From Dictyostelium discoideum (Eukaryota): DNA of 64,000 bases. The stretch lies in contig CM000152.2 of the NCBI GenBank assembly GCA_000004695.1, forward strand, positions 3,584,001 to 3,648,000, given 5' to 3'. The position numbers were made by a program, and so were the translations under genes. The notes under the pieces were generated by a model. That model was not told the DNA's origin and ran no database searches. It saw only the letters and a list, made by a program, of their open reading frames with translations. Positions 1-14,293 of the stretch are shown piece by piece (position 1 is the stretch's first letter; each line of letters opens with the position of its first letter).

Positions 1-1096
1 ATATTTTAACATGTGATATCCAATAAAAATATAATAAATAAACTTGATCATCCAAACAATCTCTATTTTTTCAGTTAGATTTGTATATTCTATTGTAATT
101 TTACATTTAACACATTTCAAATTATATAATCTCATCATCAATTATTTTCTGAATAATAAAAATTTAAATTACTAATATTTTACTATTTTTGATGGTAGTT
201 ATATTTTTTTTTTTCATTTTATGAACAACTTTATATAAAAATTTTGACGATATGAAATAATCATTCAAAATCTTTAAAGTGTTTACTATTAGTGGTAATA
301 ATTGTAAAAAAAAAAAATGTTTATATTTTTGCGAATGAAAATAATAAAAATATACAATCATACCACACTCAACAAATATACCATAGTACAATAATTTTGG
401 GGATCAAATTTATTTTTTTTTAAAAAAAAAAAAATAATAGTGATAATAGGTAATGGGTGGAGTGGGTTCGAATTTAAAAAAATTATTAATATTATTTATT
501 ATTATTTTTATTATCAACAAAATAAAAAAAATTTCAAGCTCACGCTAACACTACAAATTTATTTAAATATTTAATTTTTTTTTTTTATAATTATATAATC
601 AAAAAAAAAAAAAAAAAAAAACTTAAAATTTTATATGTAATAATGAATTTAAATAAAGATAAAAAAATAATTTATTAAATGAATTAATATTAATATTTTT
701 TAAAAATTTGTTATTTGATATTTGTGAAATTTAAATTTTACCTTTGACAATTTAAATAAAATAAAAAATGAATAATTCAAATTGAGAAATAAAAAAAACA
801 ATAATAAAAAAATTAACACTTTAAGTAAAGAATTAAAAAATAAAAAAAATAAAAAATAATAATAATAATTACAGAAAATCAGAAACAATCGTGTAAAAAA
901 AAAATGATTTTGAAGATATTTTTTATTTTCAAACAATTTGGTTGAGATATTTTTTTTTTTCAGACAATTGGAATTCAGAAAAAACTATTTTTTTAATTTT
1001 TTTTTTTAAATGATTGAAATTGTGTTTCTTTTTTTTTAATGTTCTAAGAAGACCAACACTTTAATTATAACAAATAAAAAATTAGGTTTTAAAAAT

Positions 1097-1127
<31 letters not shown>

Positions 1128-1216
1128 TGCAAAGATTGATCCTATTTAAAAGTTATTTTTTTTTTTTTTAATCATTAAATAAAAAATATAAAAATAAATA
1201 TATAAAATAGTAAATA

Positions 1217-1538
1217 ATGGTTCAATTGAAGAATTATCAGATTTAAAAGTTAGAAAGATATATGATCTAAATGTATTTGGTGTTTTAAATTTATTAAAAA
1301 ATTCAAAATTAATTGATGAATATTCAACTCAATCATTCATCGAAATGTTTAATAAATATTCACCACATTCCAAAAGTGATCCTGAAAAAGTTGCTGAACT
1401 CTTAATTAAATTACCAACAATTACCAAATAATTTATTCATTGGATCTGATTCATTATCAACTGCTAAACAACAATTACAATCACATTTATTGGAAGCTGA
1501 AAAATGGTCTGACCTTTCAATTTCAACAGACTACTAAA
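1217..1538 (+). pseudogene. Orphan coding remnant (two short in-frame blocks, separated by a stop and frameshift) in an otherwise non-coding AT-rich region. Not identified.
   Basis: Coding-like composition. Translation NGSIEELSDLKVRKIYDLNVFGVLNLLKNSKLIDEYSTQSFIEMFNKYSPHSKSDPEKVAELLIKLPTITK* is followed by FIGSDSLSTAKQQLQSHLLEAEKWSDLSISTDY*. No start codon or upstream exons are visible in the window. Confidence 0.25.
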
Positions 1539-1760
1539 AATATTGGAAAAAAAAAAAATTAAATAAACCTTTTTGTAAATAATAAACCTTTCAATTTCAA
1601 CTGGTCTTTGAAAAAAAAAATATATATTTTTTTCATTTCTTTTTTTTTCATTTAATATTAATCATTTTTTAAAAAATCTAATATTTCAATTCTTTATTTT
1701 TTCTTTTTTTAAATTTAATTATTCATTTTTTTTTTATTTTAATATAACCTCCAATATGAT

Positions 1761-1811
<51 letters not shown>

Positions 1812-2247
1812 CATTTAATTGGGAAAAAAAATAATAAAAAATAAAAATTATTAAAATAGAACACCAATAAGAAGATCTTAAAATTCTAATCAAAAAACAA
1901 ATGGAAATATTTTCTTTTTTATTTCTATTTTTTTTCAAATCTAAAAATAACTTTCTTAAAAAAAAAAAAAAAAAAAAGACGTGGTTTAATATTTAAATTT
2001 TTATTTTTTAATTTCATTTTTTGTGTGGCTTTTTTATTTTTTATATGCATTCACCACATGCACAACTATACAGTCAACGCTTTCATTTAATTTCCCCATT
2101 TTCTCACCAACAACAAAATACTATAAAATGAAAAAAGAAAATATTCATTTATTAAATAACAAAATAAAAAACAAATAAAACAAATAAAACAAATTTATAA
2201 ATAAATTCATTTAATAAATAATATAAAATAAAATAAAATAAAATAAA

Positions 2248-2814
2248 ATGTTATCAGAATTTTTCAACAGTTTAGCATCATTTTTTAGTAATATATTCTC
2301 ATTATTTGAAGGTAAAAAAGATACAAGAATATTAATGATTGGACTTGATGGTGCAGGTAAATCAACACTTTTATTTAAATTAAAATTGGGTGATGTAGTT
2401 TTAACCATTCCAACCATTGGATTCAATGTCGAAACTATTGTATATAAAAATTTATCAATGACAGTTTGGGATGTAGGTGGTCAACATAAAATTCGTGCAT
2501 TATGGAAACACTATTATCATGGTACAAATGCAATCATCTTTGTAGTTGACAGTACTGATCGTGAAAGAATGGATGAAGTTAAAGAGGAAATTGATAATCT
2601 TTTAATCCAAGATGAATTAAAAGGTATACAAATATTAGTACTTGCAAATAAACAAGATATGAATAATGCAATGAATACCGCAGAAATTGTAAACTCTTTA
2701 AATTTAAATTCAATTAAAGATAGAAAATGGTATGTCCAACCATGTAGTGCCATTAGATCAGATGGTATATATGAAGGATTTGATTGGGTAGCAAATTCAC
2801 TCAATAATAAATAA
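2248..2814 (+). CDS. ARF-family small GTPase (Arf/Arl-like), intact single-exon 188-aa protein
   Basis: The ORF carries a G1 P-loop [10 protein letters not shown]3 WDVGGQ, G4 NKQD and G5 CSA. Four decayed paralogues in the window align to it. Confidence 0.9.
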   Translation: MLSEFFNSLASFFSNIFSLFEGKKDTRILMIGLDGAGKSTLLFKLKLGDVVLTIPTIGFNVETIVYKNLSMTVWDVGGQHKIRALWKHYYHGTNAIIFVVDSTDRERMDEVKEEIDNLLIQDELKGIQILVLANKQDMNNAMNTAEIVNSLNLNSIKDRKWYVQPCSAIRSDGIYEGFDWVANSLNNK

Positions 2815-3079
2815 ATAAATAATCAAATAAAAGCCTTATATGTTAGTCAGTAAAAATACAAGGCTTTACTGACTAATATACAGTAAAAATAAATAAAGAT
2901 TAATAATTTTTTTTTTTTTTTAATAAACACTTATTTATTGATTTATTTTTTATTTTTTATTTGTTTTTTTTTATTATTTTTTTATTTTTTTTGTTTTTTT
3001 GGTTTATTTATTAATTTATTCGTTGTATTTTTTTTTTTTTTTTTGATTGTTTAATTAAACTACACAACTGACAGATGAT

Positions 3080-5805
3080 TTACTGGTTGATGGTGAAGGA
3101 TGAGAGCACCAACAGTATCACCAACACAAACAATTGAAATACCTGCAATTGCCCACCTGATAGTTTGGATGATCTACCGTTTGATGATGGAGGAGATAAT
3201 GGTAATTGAATTTCTTCAATTTTAACATCATAATGGAATGATGTTGAGCTAAATTGGAGATATAATACTCCTGATGTTTCATTAACAAATGAATTTGAAT
3301 GGCATGACAAACAATCGGTACTATTTGTAATATCAGTTTCATTTGAACTTAGTTTTGGGTTACTATCATACAATGTCTCATTTGGTGATAAACTGCATTG
3401 CAAATTACATGAAAGAGATACATTTGTTGATGAAACTACCAAACTTGCATAAATAATACCTGATAAACTAACACCACCAACTGATATTGAAATACCATCT
3501 TTATTATTTTTAATGGTTGGAATAACTGTAATCATTGGTTTTAAATATGTTAATATTGCATTTGGTCCCAAATCTTCTCCAATATATGTTGAAACAGAGA
3601 GTTGACTCTCTTTACAATCAGCTCTAACTATTAAAATCTTTTCATTTTGAACAATTATTGTAGTGTTTTTATAATTTGCTAATACTTTAACTTTGAATTC
3701 ATCTCCATTTGACAATAAATTCTTACCAGAAACTGTGATAAAACCTCCACAAGCAATTGTTTTATTATCCTTATTAATTATACCATAAATAACAGGTGGA
3801 AATTTTAAATTAAATAATGATTCCATTTTAATTCCATCCACTGTAATATTAATTGGACCATTTTCATAGGAGTTCAATGTTTTAATAGTTAATTGATTAT
3901 TTGTTAATGTTAGAATTTCTGATGAAATATCATTACCATTGAAATAAACTTTAATATATGATATTGAGTTACCGAAATTATTTCCATAAAATGTAATATT
4001 ATATTGACCTTTAGAAAATTTACGATTCTCAATATTTGGTGGAGCATACGAATATTCATCACTAATTGTATCTGAATTTAATTGAAAAATGAATTGTTTA
4101 TTGATACCAGTGCCATATGGTGTTGAGCATGTTGTTACATAGAAACTAGAATTTGAATATTGTAATGATGGTGTTGAACATTGAGTAGATGATGATGAAT
4201 TACCAACTGTAATACTTGGTTGTGATGATGAACTAATTGGACAATCCATATAATATATTTCAATATTTAATGAACCGTTTGAAAGATTTGGTCTATTGAT
4301 TACATTTATTAATAGTGATGATGCTGAGATTGAAATTGTATTTGAGGTCATATTAGAACCAACCAATTTCACTCGAGTGAAATTAATATTAAATGTACTA
4401 CATCTTAAAAGAGGTAATTTAAATGTCAAATTCTTTTCATCAGACGATACATTTAATTGGTCAATTTTAATATTATCATTAATTCCATTACCATATAATT
4501 GAACGAATGATTCTTCATTTTTACCAAAATGTGTACCAATTAATGTAACAAAACCATTTGAATATGATCCACTTGATAACGTTGGAGTATTATATGTTAA
4601 TGTTACACTATGAGGATTTATTGAATTACAACCACCGAAATTAACGTTAACTGGTAAATTTTTACCACCATTTTGATTTGGATCTAATTTACATTTTAAT
4701 TCATTTGTATTTGATTTAATATATGTACATTGTTTATTACCAATTGTAATTGATGGAGTAAATGATGAATTTAAAGTAGAAAATAATTTGTCTCCTTGAA
4801 TTGTTACAATACCATCGGAATAATTTGATACTGATGATACTGATATAATTAATGGTGGGAAACAATGAGTATAATTCTTTTCAGCCGGGATTTCATTTAC
4901 CTTAACACTAATTGAAATTGGGCCTAGATCAGGTCTATTAACGTTATTCACTTGAATTTGTGTATGATTTACTGAAATAATAAAATTTGTTTGCTTAATA
5001 TCATCAAAATAAACCTCTACCAAGCTTTTATCTGTAAAGAAGTTATCACCATTAATTGATAATATTAGGTACCCTCCGTCAAAAAAAGTACTTGATATTT
5101 TAGGTGATTCGTATGAAAATGGAAAAAGATTATCCCCAGTTTCATCAAAGGCAAATTCAAAATATCCAGAGCCTGGTGGAACTACTACAGTAATATTATT
5201 ACAGTCAAAAGATGGATCAGAGAAATTACCTTTAACAACAAAAGATGTCATATAATCAAATGTAGTTAGAATGTGATTTGGACCACCCCTAGATCTTAAA
5301 TAATTACCAGTAATTACTATATCACCTCCAGATGTTTTTGGTTTATTACTATATTTCAAATTAGTTACAAATGGATAATCTAAAGATGAAAGATCAAATG
5401 AACACTCTTCAACTGGACTTGATACTTCTCTTGCACATACCTTACTTTCTATACTACCCCATAATCTTGAAAATGGCTCATCTGAATGGAATGAACAATG
5501 TCTCCTATTACCAATAACTAGACTACAATTAAAATAATTTGGTGCCATTTCATATCTTGGTGTTGTTTCGTTTTGATACAAAATTAAACGGGTTGGGTAT
5601 GATCGAAAACTTTCAAAAGTTATTGAAAATGATTTTTCATCAAATATTACATCTTTGAAAAATAAATTAATTGAATAAATAACATAAACAAATTATTTAT
5701 TAAAATATTATGATACTTACCTACTGACATTGGACGACCAACTGAATGTCCTGATTTAAAAATTGAGAATAAAAATAAAATCAGTAATATTATTTTCTTT
5801 TCCAT
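3080..5805 (-). CDS. Tgr-family, tgrC-like type I membrane glycoprotein with IPT/TIG repeats, 885 aa. Structure is join(5721..5805,3080..5652), with a GTAAGT intron at 5653..5720.
   Basis: Exon 1 encodes the signal peptide [29 protein letters not shown] (phase 1). Exon 2 is an 833-aa open frame with repeated CGG...ITI/TG.NF IPT-like motifs and many N-glycosylation sequons. A C-terminal TM helix ([13 protein letters not shown]) is followed by a short tail. The gene is paralogous (about 60-70% identity) to 46672..49406. Confidence 0.8.
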
Positions 5806-5909
5806 TTTTATTTATTTTTATTTTATTGAATTTGGCTTTAAAAATAATATCGATTTAAAAAAGAGAAATTTTATTATTAATCGAGAAAATAATTTTTAAT
5901 TAAATAATG

Positions 5910-5940
<31 letters not shown>

Positions 5941-6682
5941 AAAATAGTAAGAATAATAAAAAAAAAAAAAAAAAATAATTAAAATAAAAACCAGCATTAA
6001 CTTCCAAAAATAGATATTGATTGGTATCATTTCATACATCAACCAAAAAAAAGATGTATAAATCTATTAAATTCACAAACAAACAAAATCCAAAAAAAAA
6101 TTTCTTTTTTAATTATCTTTTTGGTTTGAAAATTAATTTTTATTTGATTTTCCTAAATTTTTAATAACATTCAATCATCAATTCAAAATAATATTTATGT
6201 TAAATCTTTTTTTTTATAAAAAAAAAAAAAAAAAATAAAAATAAATTTAATTGACCGATTTTAAACATTTTTTATTTAAAAATTATAAACATTTGAAATT
6301 AAAAATAAAATACAAATTTTTTAATTTTGTATTTTATTACAATCTCTTAATTTCAAATGTTACGAATTAATAATAAAACACAAATTAATTTGTTTATTTT
6401 CTTTTAAAGAATTAATTGTAAATAATAAAAATTAATTAAAACAATTAAGAATTGGATGTATGTGAATTAACTGATAATAAAAGGGTAATAATTAACCATC
6501 TTGTGTATGTGTGAGAGTATTTTTTTTTTTTTTTAAAATTTTAAACCATGGAAATAAAAAAAATAAAAAAAATAAAAAAAAAAAAAAAAAATAAAAAAAA
6601 AAAAAAAAAATGAAAATATGTTTTTTTTTTTTTTTTTTTTTTTATTATTTTTTTTAGTATACTAAAACAACAGTACTCGAAA

Positions 6683-7824
6683 TTGATGGATGATAATCAT
6701 GTAAAAATTAAAAACTCTCTAATTGGAATTGATCCAAAAGTAATTGATAAAAATAAAATAAACACTTATAATAATAAAAGTAGTAGTAACAATATTCAAA
6801 ATAGTAATAATGCAAAAAACACAATCACTACCACCATTTCACCAATAATAATTCATGTCCAAAAAGAGAAGACTATCAATAATAGTAATAATAATGAAGA
6901 TGATGATGAAGAAGAAGATGAAGAAGAAGAAGAAGAAGAAGAAGAAGAAGAAGAAGAAGAAGAAGAAGAAGAAGAAGAAGAAGAAGAAGAAGAAGAAGAA
7001 GAAGAAGAAGATGAAGAAGAAGGAGAAGATGAAGATGAAGATGAAGAAGAAGGAGATGAAGATGATAATAATAAACATAAAAATAATAATGTCAGTGGGA
7101 AAAAAAGACCAAATTTAGACTCTGATTCAGAACCAATGATAGAATTTATTGAAATTGTTGAAGTAGATTCTGAAAGCAATAAAAGAAGGAAAATTGATTC
7201 TAACAAACCATGGTTTGATCCAATTAAAATGGAGCAGTCTATACTAACTCAGGTAATATTTATATTATATATTATATTATTATCATTTTCTTTAAATATA
7301 AAAAAATAATAAAAAAAAAAAAAAAAAAATAAAAAAAATAATAATAATAAAAGTAACTAACTTATTTATTTATATTTTAGTTCAATTTTTTTGAAATTAT
7401 ATATAGAATGAAAATCGAGTCATTTGGTTTGAGATTAGTAAAAGAGTAAGTTTAATTTATTAGTTCATAAATCAACAACATAATATTAACCTTTTTTTTT
7501 TTAAAAAAAAGGTTTGTTAGATTTATGATTATAAAATGTTTAGAAAAAGATAGAAGCCTTGGTGAAACTCCAACTAAATTACAAGCATCACCACTTATTG
7601 AATCATTTTGGCATTCATTAATTGTTGATATGGAGAAATATAAAATTTTTCAAAAATTATTACCAAAAAGATTTCAATGCAATCCATCAATTACATTAGA
7701 TCCAATAGAAGTTCAAATGGAAAGATTTCAAAAAACTTTACAACTTTATGATAAATATTTTCCAAATTATAAAAGAGATGATGAAATGTGGGATTTTAAA
7801 AAAAAGAAATTAATTTTAATTTAA
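6683..7824 (+). CDS. Acidic poly-Glu protein, 3 exons: join(6683..7252,7381..7445,7512..7824). Function unknown.
   Basis: The ATG ORF contains an (E)n tract of about 60 residues from a perfect (GAA)n run. A GTAATA donor sits at 7253 and a TTTTAG acceptor ends at 7380. A GTAAGT donor sits at 7446 and an AG acceptor at 7510-7511. Frames are conserved across both introns into the 99-aa ORF 7525..7824. The alternative acceptor at 7519-7520 is also in frame. Confidence 0.45.
6895..7075. repeat. (GAA)n microsatellite of about 60 units, coding poly-Glu
   Basis: A direct, near-perfect GAA run. The antisense ORFs in the track (6839..7078, 6853..7206, 6855..7118) are artefacts of it. Confidence 0.95.
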
Positions 7825-7953
7825 TAAACTATAAAACTATAAAAAATTGTAAATTTAAATATATGTAAATAATAATTTTTTTTTTTTTTTCTTTTATTTT
7901 TTTTTATTTATTTTATTTTTTTATTTATGTTATTCATTTTACACCACCACATT

Positions 7954-9099
<1,146 letters not shown>

Positions 9100-9899
9100 C
9101 TTTTTTTAAGACAATCAAAAAGATGTTGCATCCGATTCTAAAGAAACACCACCAACTCCGCCACCAATTGGTGACGTAGAAGAGGAAGAAGAAAAAGAAG
9201 AAAAAGTTGTTAGTCAAGTTAAAGAAGAAATCAATGAAACTAAATTTGAATCATCGTCATCGTTTGATGAACCAACAACAATAACAAGAACAAATAAAAA
9301 TATTAAACAAAAGAGTATTTCCTTTTTTTTTTTTATTTGTAATGAATTTATAGTGTTGAAGAATTATTATTATCATTTGGAATAGTGATTTCCTATCGAA
9401 AATATTCTCCAAAGTAATTGATTTCCATTTGGACATTTCATCTTGATCAATTTCCATTTCGTCTTCTTTGAGTTTGATTATAGTTACTTCAATTTGTTTT
9501 GACGATTCATAAAGATTGATGAATTGTCTTTTTAAAATCATTTCTATCCTTTTCATCAATCTCTATAAACAATACTTTTAAAATAGTATATTAAATTATA
9601 AATACAATAATCTACCGCTAACTTCTTTTAATTGTTTAGATTTTCTTTGTAATAGCATCCTAATAATATTTTAATTATTAAAAAAAAAAAAAAAAAATTG
9701 GTTAGTTTATATTTTTTAAATTTTTTAAAAAAAAAATTTACTTACAATGAGTCATTGACACGAGATTTTCATAACACCCACTACCTGCATCACCCATTGA
9801 TCTATATGGATTTGGATCAAATTGTTTTCTTTGAGAAGGTGGATTGCTAGTGGTCCACAATAATGACCAGCATCGTGACAAGGTGGATGAATGGCATAA

Positions 9900-10194
9900 A
9901 AGCACGAGTATACCCAGAATCAACGGCGGCACAAACGCTTGTTCTTAATGCTTCTACAACTCTCACTCTTAATGCTTGAGATTTATATGGTGGAATTAAG
10001 CATAGTCTTACTATTTAATGGTCTATCTGCTTTAGACAACGTACACCACCAGCTGGTGATCAGTGAGCTTGTATGAGCAGACCATAGAGCAAACATCTAG
10101 TGGACACTGACCCATTATTGGCAAACAGTTGTCTGACACCAGCATCTTTTAATTCAAGACAAACATTCTTTTTTTAAATTATTAAAAAAAAAAA

Positions 10195-10233
<39 letters not shown>

Positions 10234-10360
10234 TTAATTAAATTTTCTAAAAATACATTTTATACAGTTTTATTTACCTTTAATATTTATTAAATTGAAT
10301 TTATTAATTTTTAATAAATAAATAGCTTTTATTTTGTTAATTATTATTTTTTTTTAGTTA
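9900..10360. mobile_element. Interspersed repeat fragments: a GC-richer module Y (about 10020..10150) followed by an A-tract and a terminal module Z (10230..10360). Unclassified transposable-element remnants.
   Basis: Y matches 23525..23650 at about 80% identity. Z matches 23760..23900 and 16770..16865. These positions are GC-rich islands in AT-rich DNA. Confidence 0.4.
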
Positions 10361-10964
10361 TTTTATATTATTTTCTTTTTTGGTTGGACATATCTTCTTC
10401 TGAAATTGATGTCATCCATTCAATAAAATTACTTTGTGTGTTATTTAATAAATCTTTATCTCCATTTATCAATGATTAAAATGGTGTTGGTGGTGATGGT
10501 CTAGTTACTGTTGAGGTTGAAAGTAAAAATAATACAAAAAATAAAAATAAAAAGTGGGTTTAAAAAAAAAAAAAAATAAAAAAAAAATGAAAAAATGAAA
10601 AAAAAAAAAAAAAATTAAAAAAAATAATAATTTGATCTTGAAAATAAAAAAAAGATGGATCTATTAAATCAAAAAAAGATCCAAAAAAGTTAAAATTGGG
10701 TAAAATTTTCCAGGACAAAAACAAAAATGGTAAAAAAAAAAATTTAATAACAAATAGATTTCTTTTTATTGATTCAAATTTCGGAAAAATGACTAGATGC
10801 CCTACAAAATATAATTAAATAATATATTTAAAAAAAAAAAATAAAAAAATAAAAAAAAAGGTAAAAAATGAATCGAATTTTTTTTTTTTAAAAAATTTTT
10901 TTTTTTTTTTAAATTTCATCTTTTAATATTCTCCAATTAAAATTCACACACACAAAATATTACA

Positions 10965-11273
10965 ATGGGAAAAAGAAAACCAATACCATCAATCAACATT
11001 GGTAATAACCTAAATAAAAAACTTAAATTTTCAAAACAAGATTCAGATCAACAACAACAACAACAACAAGAACAACAACCACAACAACCACAACAACCAA
11101 TTATAAAATATAAATCCAAAAGAGAAAAAGAAATCCACGAAAAGATTGATAAAATTAAATCTGAAAGAAAGTTTATTTATAAAAATGTAATTATTATTTT
11201 TATTATTATTATTTATTATTTATTATTTATTATATTAATTTATTAATTTATTTTATTTTATTTTATTTTATTT

Positions 11274-11343
<70 letters not shown>

Positions 11344-12077
11344 GAATATTTTAAATATAGGCAGAGAGACATGTTAAATTAAGTTTGGAATATGCTGGGT
11401 TGGCATTGAGTTTACCAGCGGTCTTGAAAGACTTACACAGAGCATTGGAAAAATTTGATGCACTTGAGTCCAGTTTGATAGCTGAGCTAGAGTCTTTAAA
11501 AATACCAGTAAAAAATGCCAGTACCATACCAGTTTTGCATCCTCCAATTAACCATGTTAATACAAGTATTGCTACAACTGCTGCTGCCAGTATCAACAAC
11601 AACAACAACAATGATAACACCATTACCACAACCACCACCACCACTACTATCAGCAATGACAATCTTGCTTCAACTACAAATTCTTTACCAGTTAACTCTG
11701 TACCAAGAACCACTGCCACTTTATCAGATGTTAACAGCCTTATTACTGCAACTCTTGGACCCACTACTGCTCCTACTATTGGTTCTTCTGCAACCACTGG
11801 TGATACTACTGCAATTGATGGTACAAACACCAATGTCACCACTGATACTACCACCATAGAAACAACCATGAAGAAAAAAGGCAGACCACCACTTTTTAAA
11901 GAAATTCCAGAAAATTGTTATGTCTGTGGAGTAACCGAAACTCCATATTGGAGAAGAGGTACAGACGAAGGTGTAATGGTTGACCTCTGTAATGCATGTG
12001 GATTGCGTTACATGAAATTAGAAAAGAAAGAGAGACTTTTAAAACAAAAAAATAGTACCAGTAATGTTTTGAACTAA
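10965..12077 (+). CDS. GATA-type zinc-finger transcription factor, 2 exons: join(10965..11186,11361..12077)
   Basis: Exon 2 encodes a C-terminal CYVCGVTETPYWRRGTDEGVMVDLCNACGLRYMK, a C-X2-C-X17-C-X2-C GATA finger. Exon 1 (MGKRKPIP.., poly-Gln) ends at a GTAATT donor. The intron carries a T65 tract and a TATAG acceptor, and the frame is conserved. Confidence 0.7.
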
Positions 12078-12189
12078 CCTCTTTCTAAATCTTTTTTTTC
12101 GTTAGTAATTTATATCAACTTTTTAATCAAATTCATTTTTATACATATTTTTATTAATTTCTTAAAAAAAAAAACAATTATTGTAATAT

Positions 12190-12245
<56 letters not shown>

Positions 12246-12559
12246 ATTTTTAATCTTTAGCATACAAACAATATTTTAAATATTAAAAAATACTACAATT
12301 TTATATATATAAAAAAATCCTTTTTAAATAATTTATTTTTGTAGTATAAAAAAAAAAATAAAAAAAAAATAAATAAAGAAAATAAATTATTTATTTGTTT
12401 GTTATATCTTTTTTTTTTTTTTCTTTTTTTTTTTTTTTTTGAACACAAATAATCTTTATTTTTTAATAATAAAAATAATAATTTTAAATTTAAATTTAAA
12501 TTTTCACTAAATTGTTTCTTAAAATAGGAATACAATTGATATTCAAAGTTAACTGCATA

Positions 12560-13538
12560 TGTTGTAGTGAAAAAAAAAAAAAAATTTCCCCACATCAACA
12601 ATCGGGAATTTTCACAGTAAAATACAATGTATTAAAAAAATGTCAAGCAAATAATAAAAAAAAAAAAAAAAAAAAAAAAAATTAAATAGAAAAATAAGTT
12701 TAATGTAAAGTGAATGTAAATTTTTAGTGGATTTTATCACTACGTAGCTTGACATTTTTTTTTTTTTAAATTTATTTACTTATTTATTTATTTACTTATT
12801 TATTTATTTTTTTATTTATTTTATTTATTTTAATTTATTTTTTTTTTTTTTTTTTTAATAACTCTTAAATCAAATAACCTTCAAATCGAAAAAAAATTTT
12901 AGTTGGTTATCATAGTTTAGTAAAAAAAAAAAAAAAAAAAAAAAAATTTATATCAAAGTTTATAATTTAAAAAATACAATAATGTATATAGATAATAAAA
13001 AATATACATTCCATACACACCAAATGTGTTGTGTCGTTTCATTTTTGAAAGAAAAAAATGAAAATTCCCACTATTACCACCAAACACATTGGCATTCATT
13101 TTTTTTTTATGTCAATAAATTAAATGAATACAAAAAAAACTCACACTCACCACCACACCCACTTCTATATATCAAATTTGTATTGCATTTTTATTTTGTG
13201 TCTTTTCATAATAATAACAAAACACACCAAATGTGTTGTGTCTTTTCATTTTTTAAAACAAAAAATACTATAATTGTATTTATTCTCTAGTGTCGTTTCA
13301 TTTTTGAAAGAAAAAAAGAAAACTCTCAATATTACCCCAAACAAATTGGCATACATTTTATGTCAATAAATTATATGAATACAAATTAAAAAAACTCACA
13401 CCATCTATACATCTTATTTGTATGACATTTTTATGTTGTGTCTTTTCATTTTCCAAACAAAATTCTACAACTGATTTCATTCTCTTGTATCGTTTCATTT
13501 TTTAAAAAAAATAATACATTCACAATAAATAAATAAAA

Positions 13539-13573
<35 letters not shown>

Positions 13574-13840
13574 GATCACGTTCATGTTTATTTTTGAGTG
13601 TTCTATTTATCTATACTAAATTCATGTTAAAAATAAATAAAATTAAATCGTTAAAAAATAAGAAAATTTGAATTTAATTATTCATTTTTTGTAATTGTTT
13701 TTTATATTATTTTTTCTTGCAAGGTGGAATTCCTTAAAATTGGTAAATTCTTAAAAAATGTCAAATGTAAGTATTAAGTATTTTTACTGTGAAAATTCCC
13801 AAAGTTTGTGGGGAAATTTTTTTTTTCCACTCTCTGTATT
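12560..13840. mobile_element. Non-autonomous element, about 1.28 kb, bounded by roughly 90-bp imperfect terminal inverted repeats. It carries an internal array of hairpin repeats.
   Basis: 12560..12650 is the reverse complement of 13745..13835 at about 85% identity (..aaaaatttccccaca..gggaattttcacagtaaaatac..). This TIR is related to the TIR of element 30791..31718. The interior holds three tandem about-230-bp units containing the palindrome cacaccaaatgtgttgtgtc / gacacaacacatttggtgtg. Confidence 0.5.
13005..13500. repeat. Tandem array of three units of the hairpin-repeat family (minus orientation)
   Basis: The unit is ..ccaatgtgtttggtggtaatagtgag..ttcaaaaatgaaacgacac..aaaaaatgaaaagacacaacacatttggtgtg. 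The same family is at 16495..16660, 19296..19330, 21215..21250 and 28420..29130. Confidence 0.7.
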
Positions 13841-14190
13841 GTTGAGTATTTTAAAAAAAAAAAAAAAAAAAAATTAAATAAATAAAAAAAAAATAAAAAT
13901 AGATTGAGAAAGGGGTTTCTGTGCAACATTATAAAAAAAAAAAAAAATTAAATCAATTTTAAATTGAAATTTCATACAAACAAATAATATAATTGTAAAG
14001 AAAAAAATTATTTAATAACATTGATTTAATTACCGCTTCTATTAACAAAAGAAAATTATTTTTTATTTTTGTTTTAATTTATTTTTATTTTTTTTATTTT
14101 TTTTTATTTTAATTTATTTTCTAAATAGATAATATATATATTATAAAATTAAAAATTGATTTAATTTTATAAACAAAAAATTATTTGTTT

Positions 14191-14223
<33 letters not shown>

Positions 14224-14293
14224 TTTCTTTTCCCCTTTTTTATATTAACCTTTACAATAAAATTATAATTGTTTTTGAAAATTAAAATTCATT

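Noticed and set aside
455-475. tRNA B-box-like motif gtgggttcgaatt
   Set aside because: No A box, acceptor stem or cloverleaf can be built around it. It is only a 10-nt match embedded in poly-A/T.
3118-4502. Short ORFs (74 and 68 aa) antisense or out of frame inside the tgrC-like exon
   Set aside because: Nested in a long, well-supported ORF on the other strand. No domain content.
6839-7206. Antisense and alternative-frame ORFs (79, 117 and 87 aa) overlapping the poly-Glu tract
   Set aside because: They are products of reading the (GAA)n repeat in other frames or on the other strand (poly-F/S/K). No independent coding signal.
9738-9932. 64-aa minus-strand ORF as a candidate first exon of the J-domain gene
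   Set aside because: It overlaps repeat module Y and has no J-domain features. It is better explained as a chance ORF in a GC-rich repeat, though it does end at a gtaagt-like site.
11351-11869. 172-aa minus-strand ORF and 114-aa plus-strand alternative-frame ORF overlapping the GATA gene
   Set aside because: These are low-complexity readings of the Thr/Ala-rich region. The GATA-finger frame is the only one with a recognisable domain.
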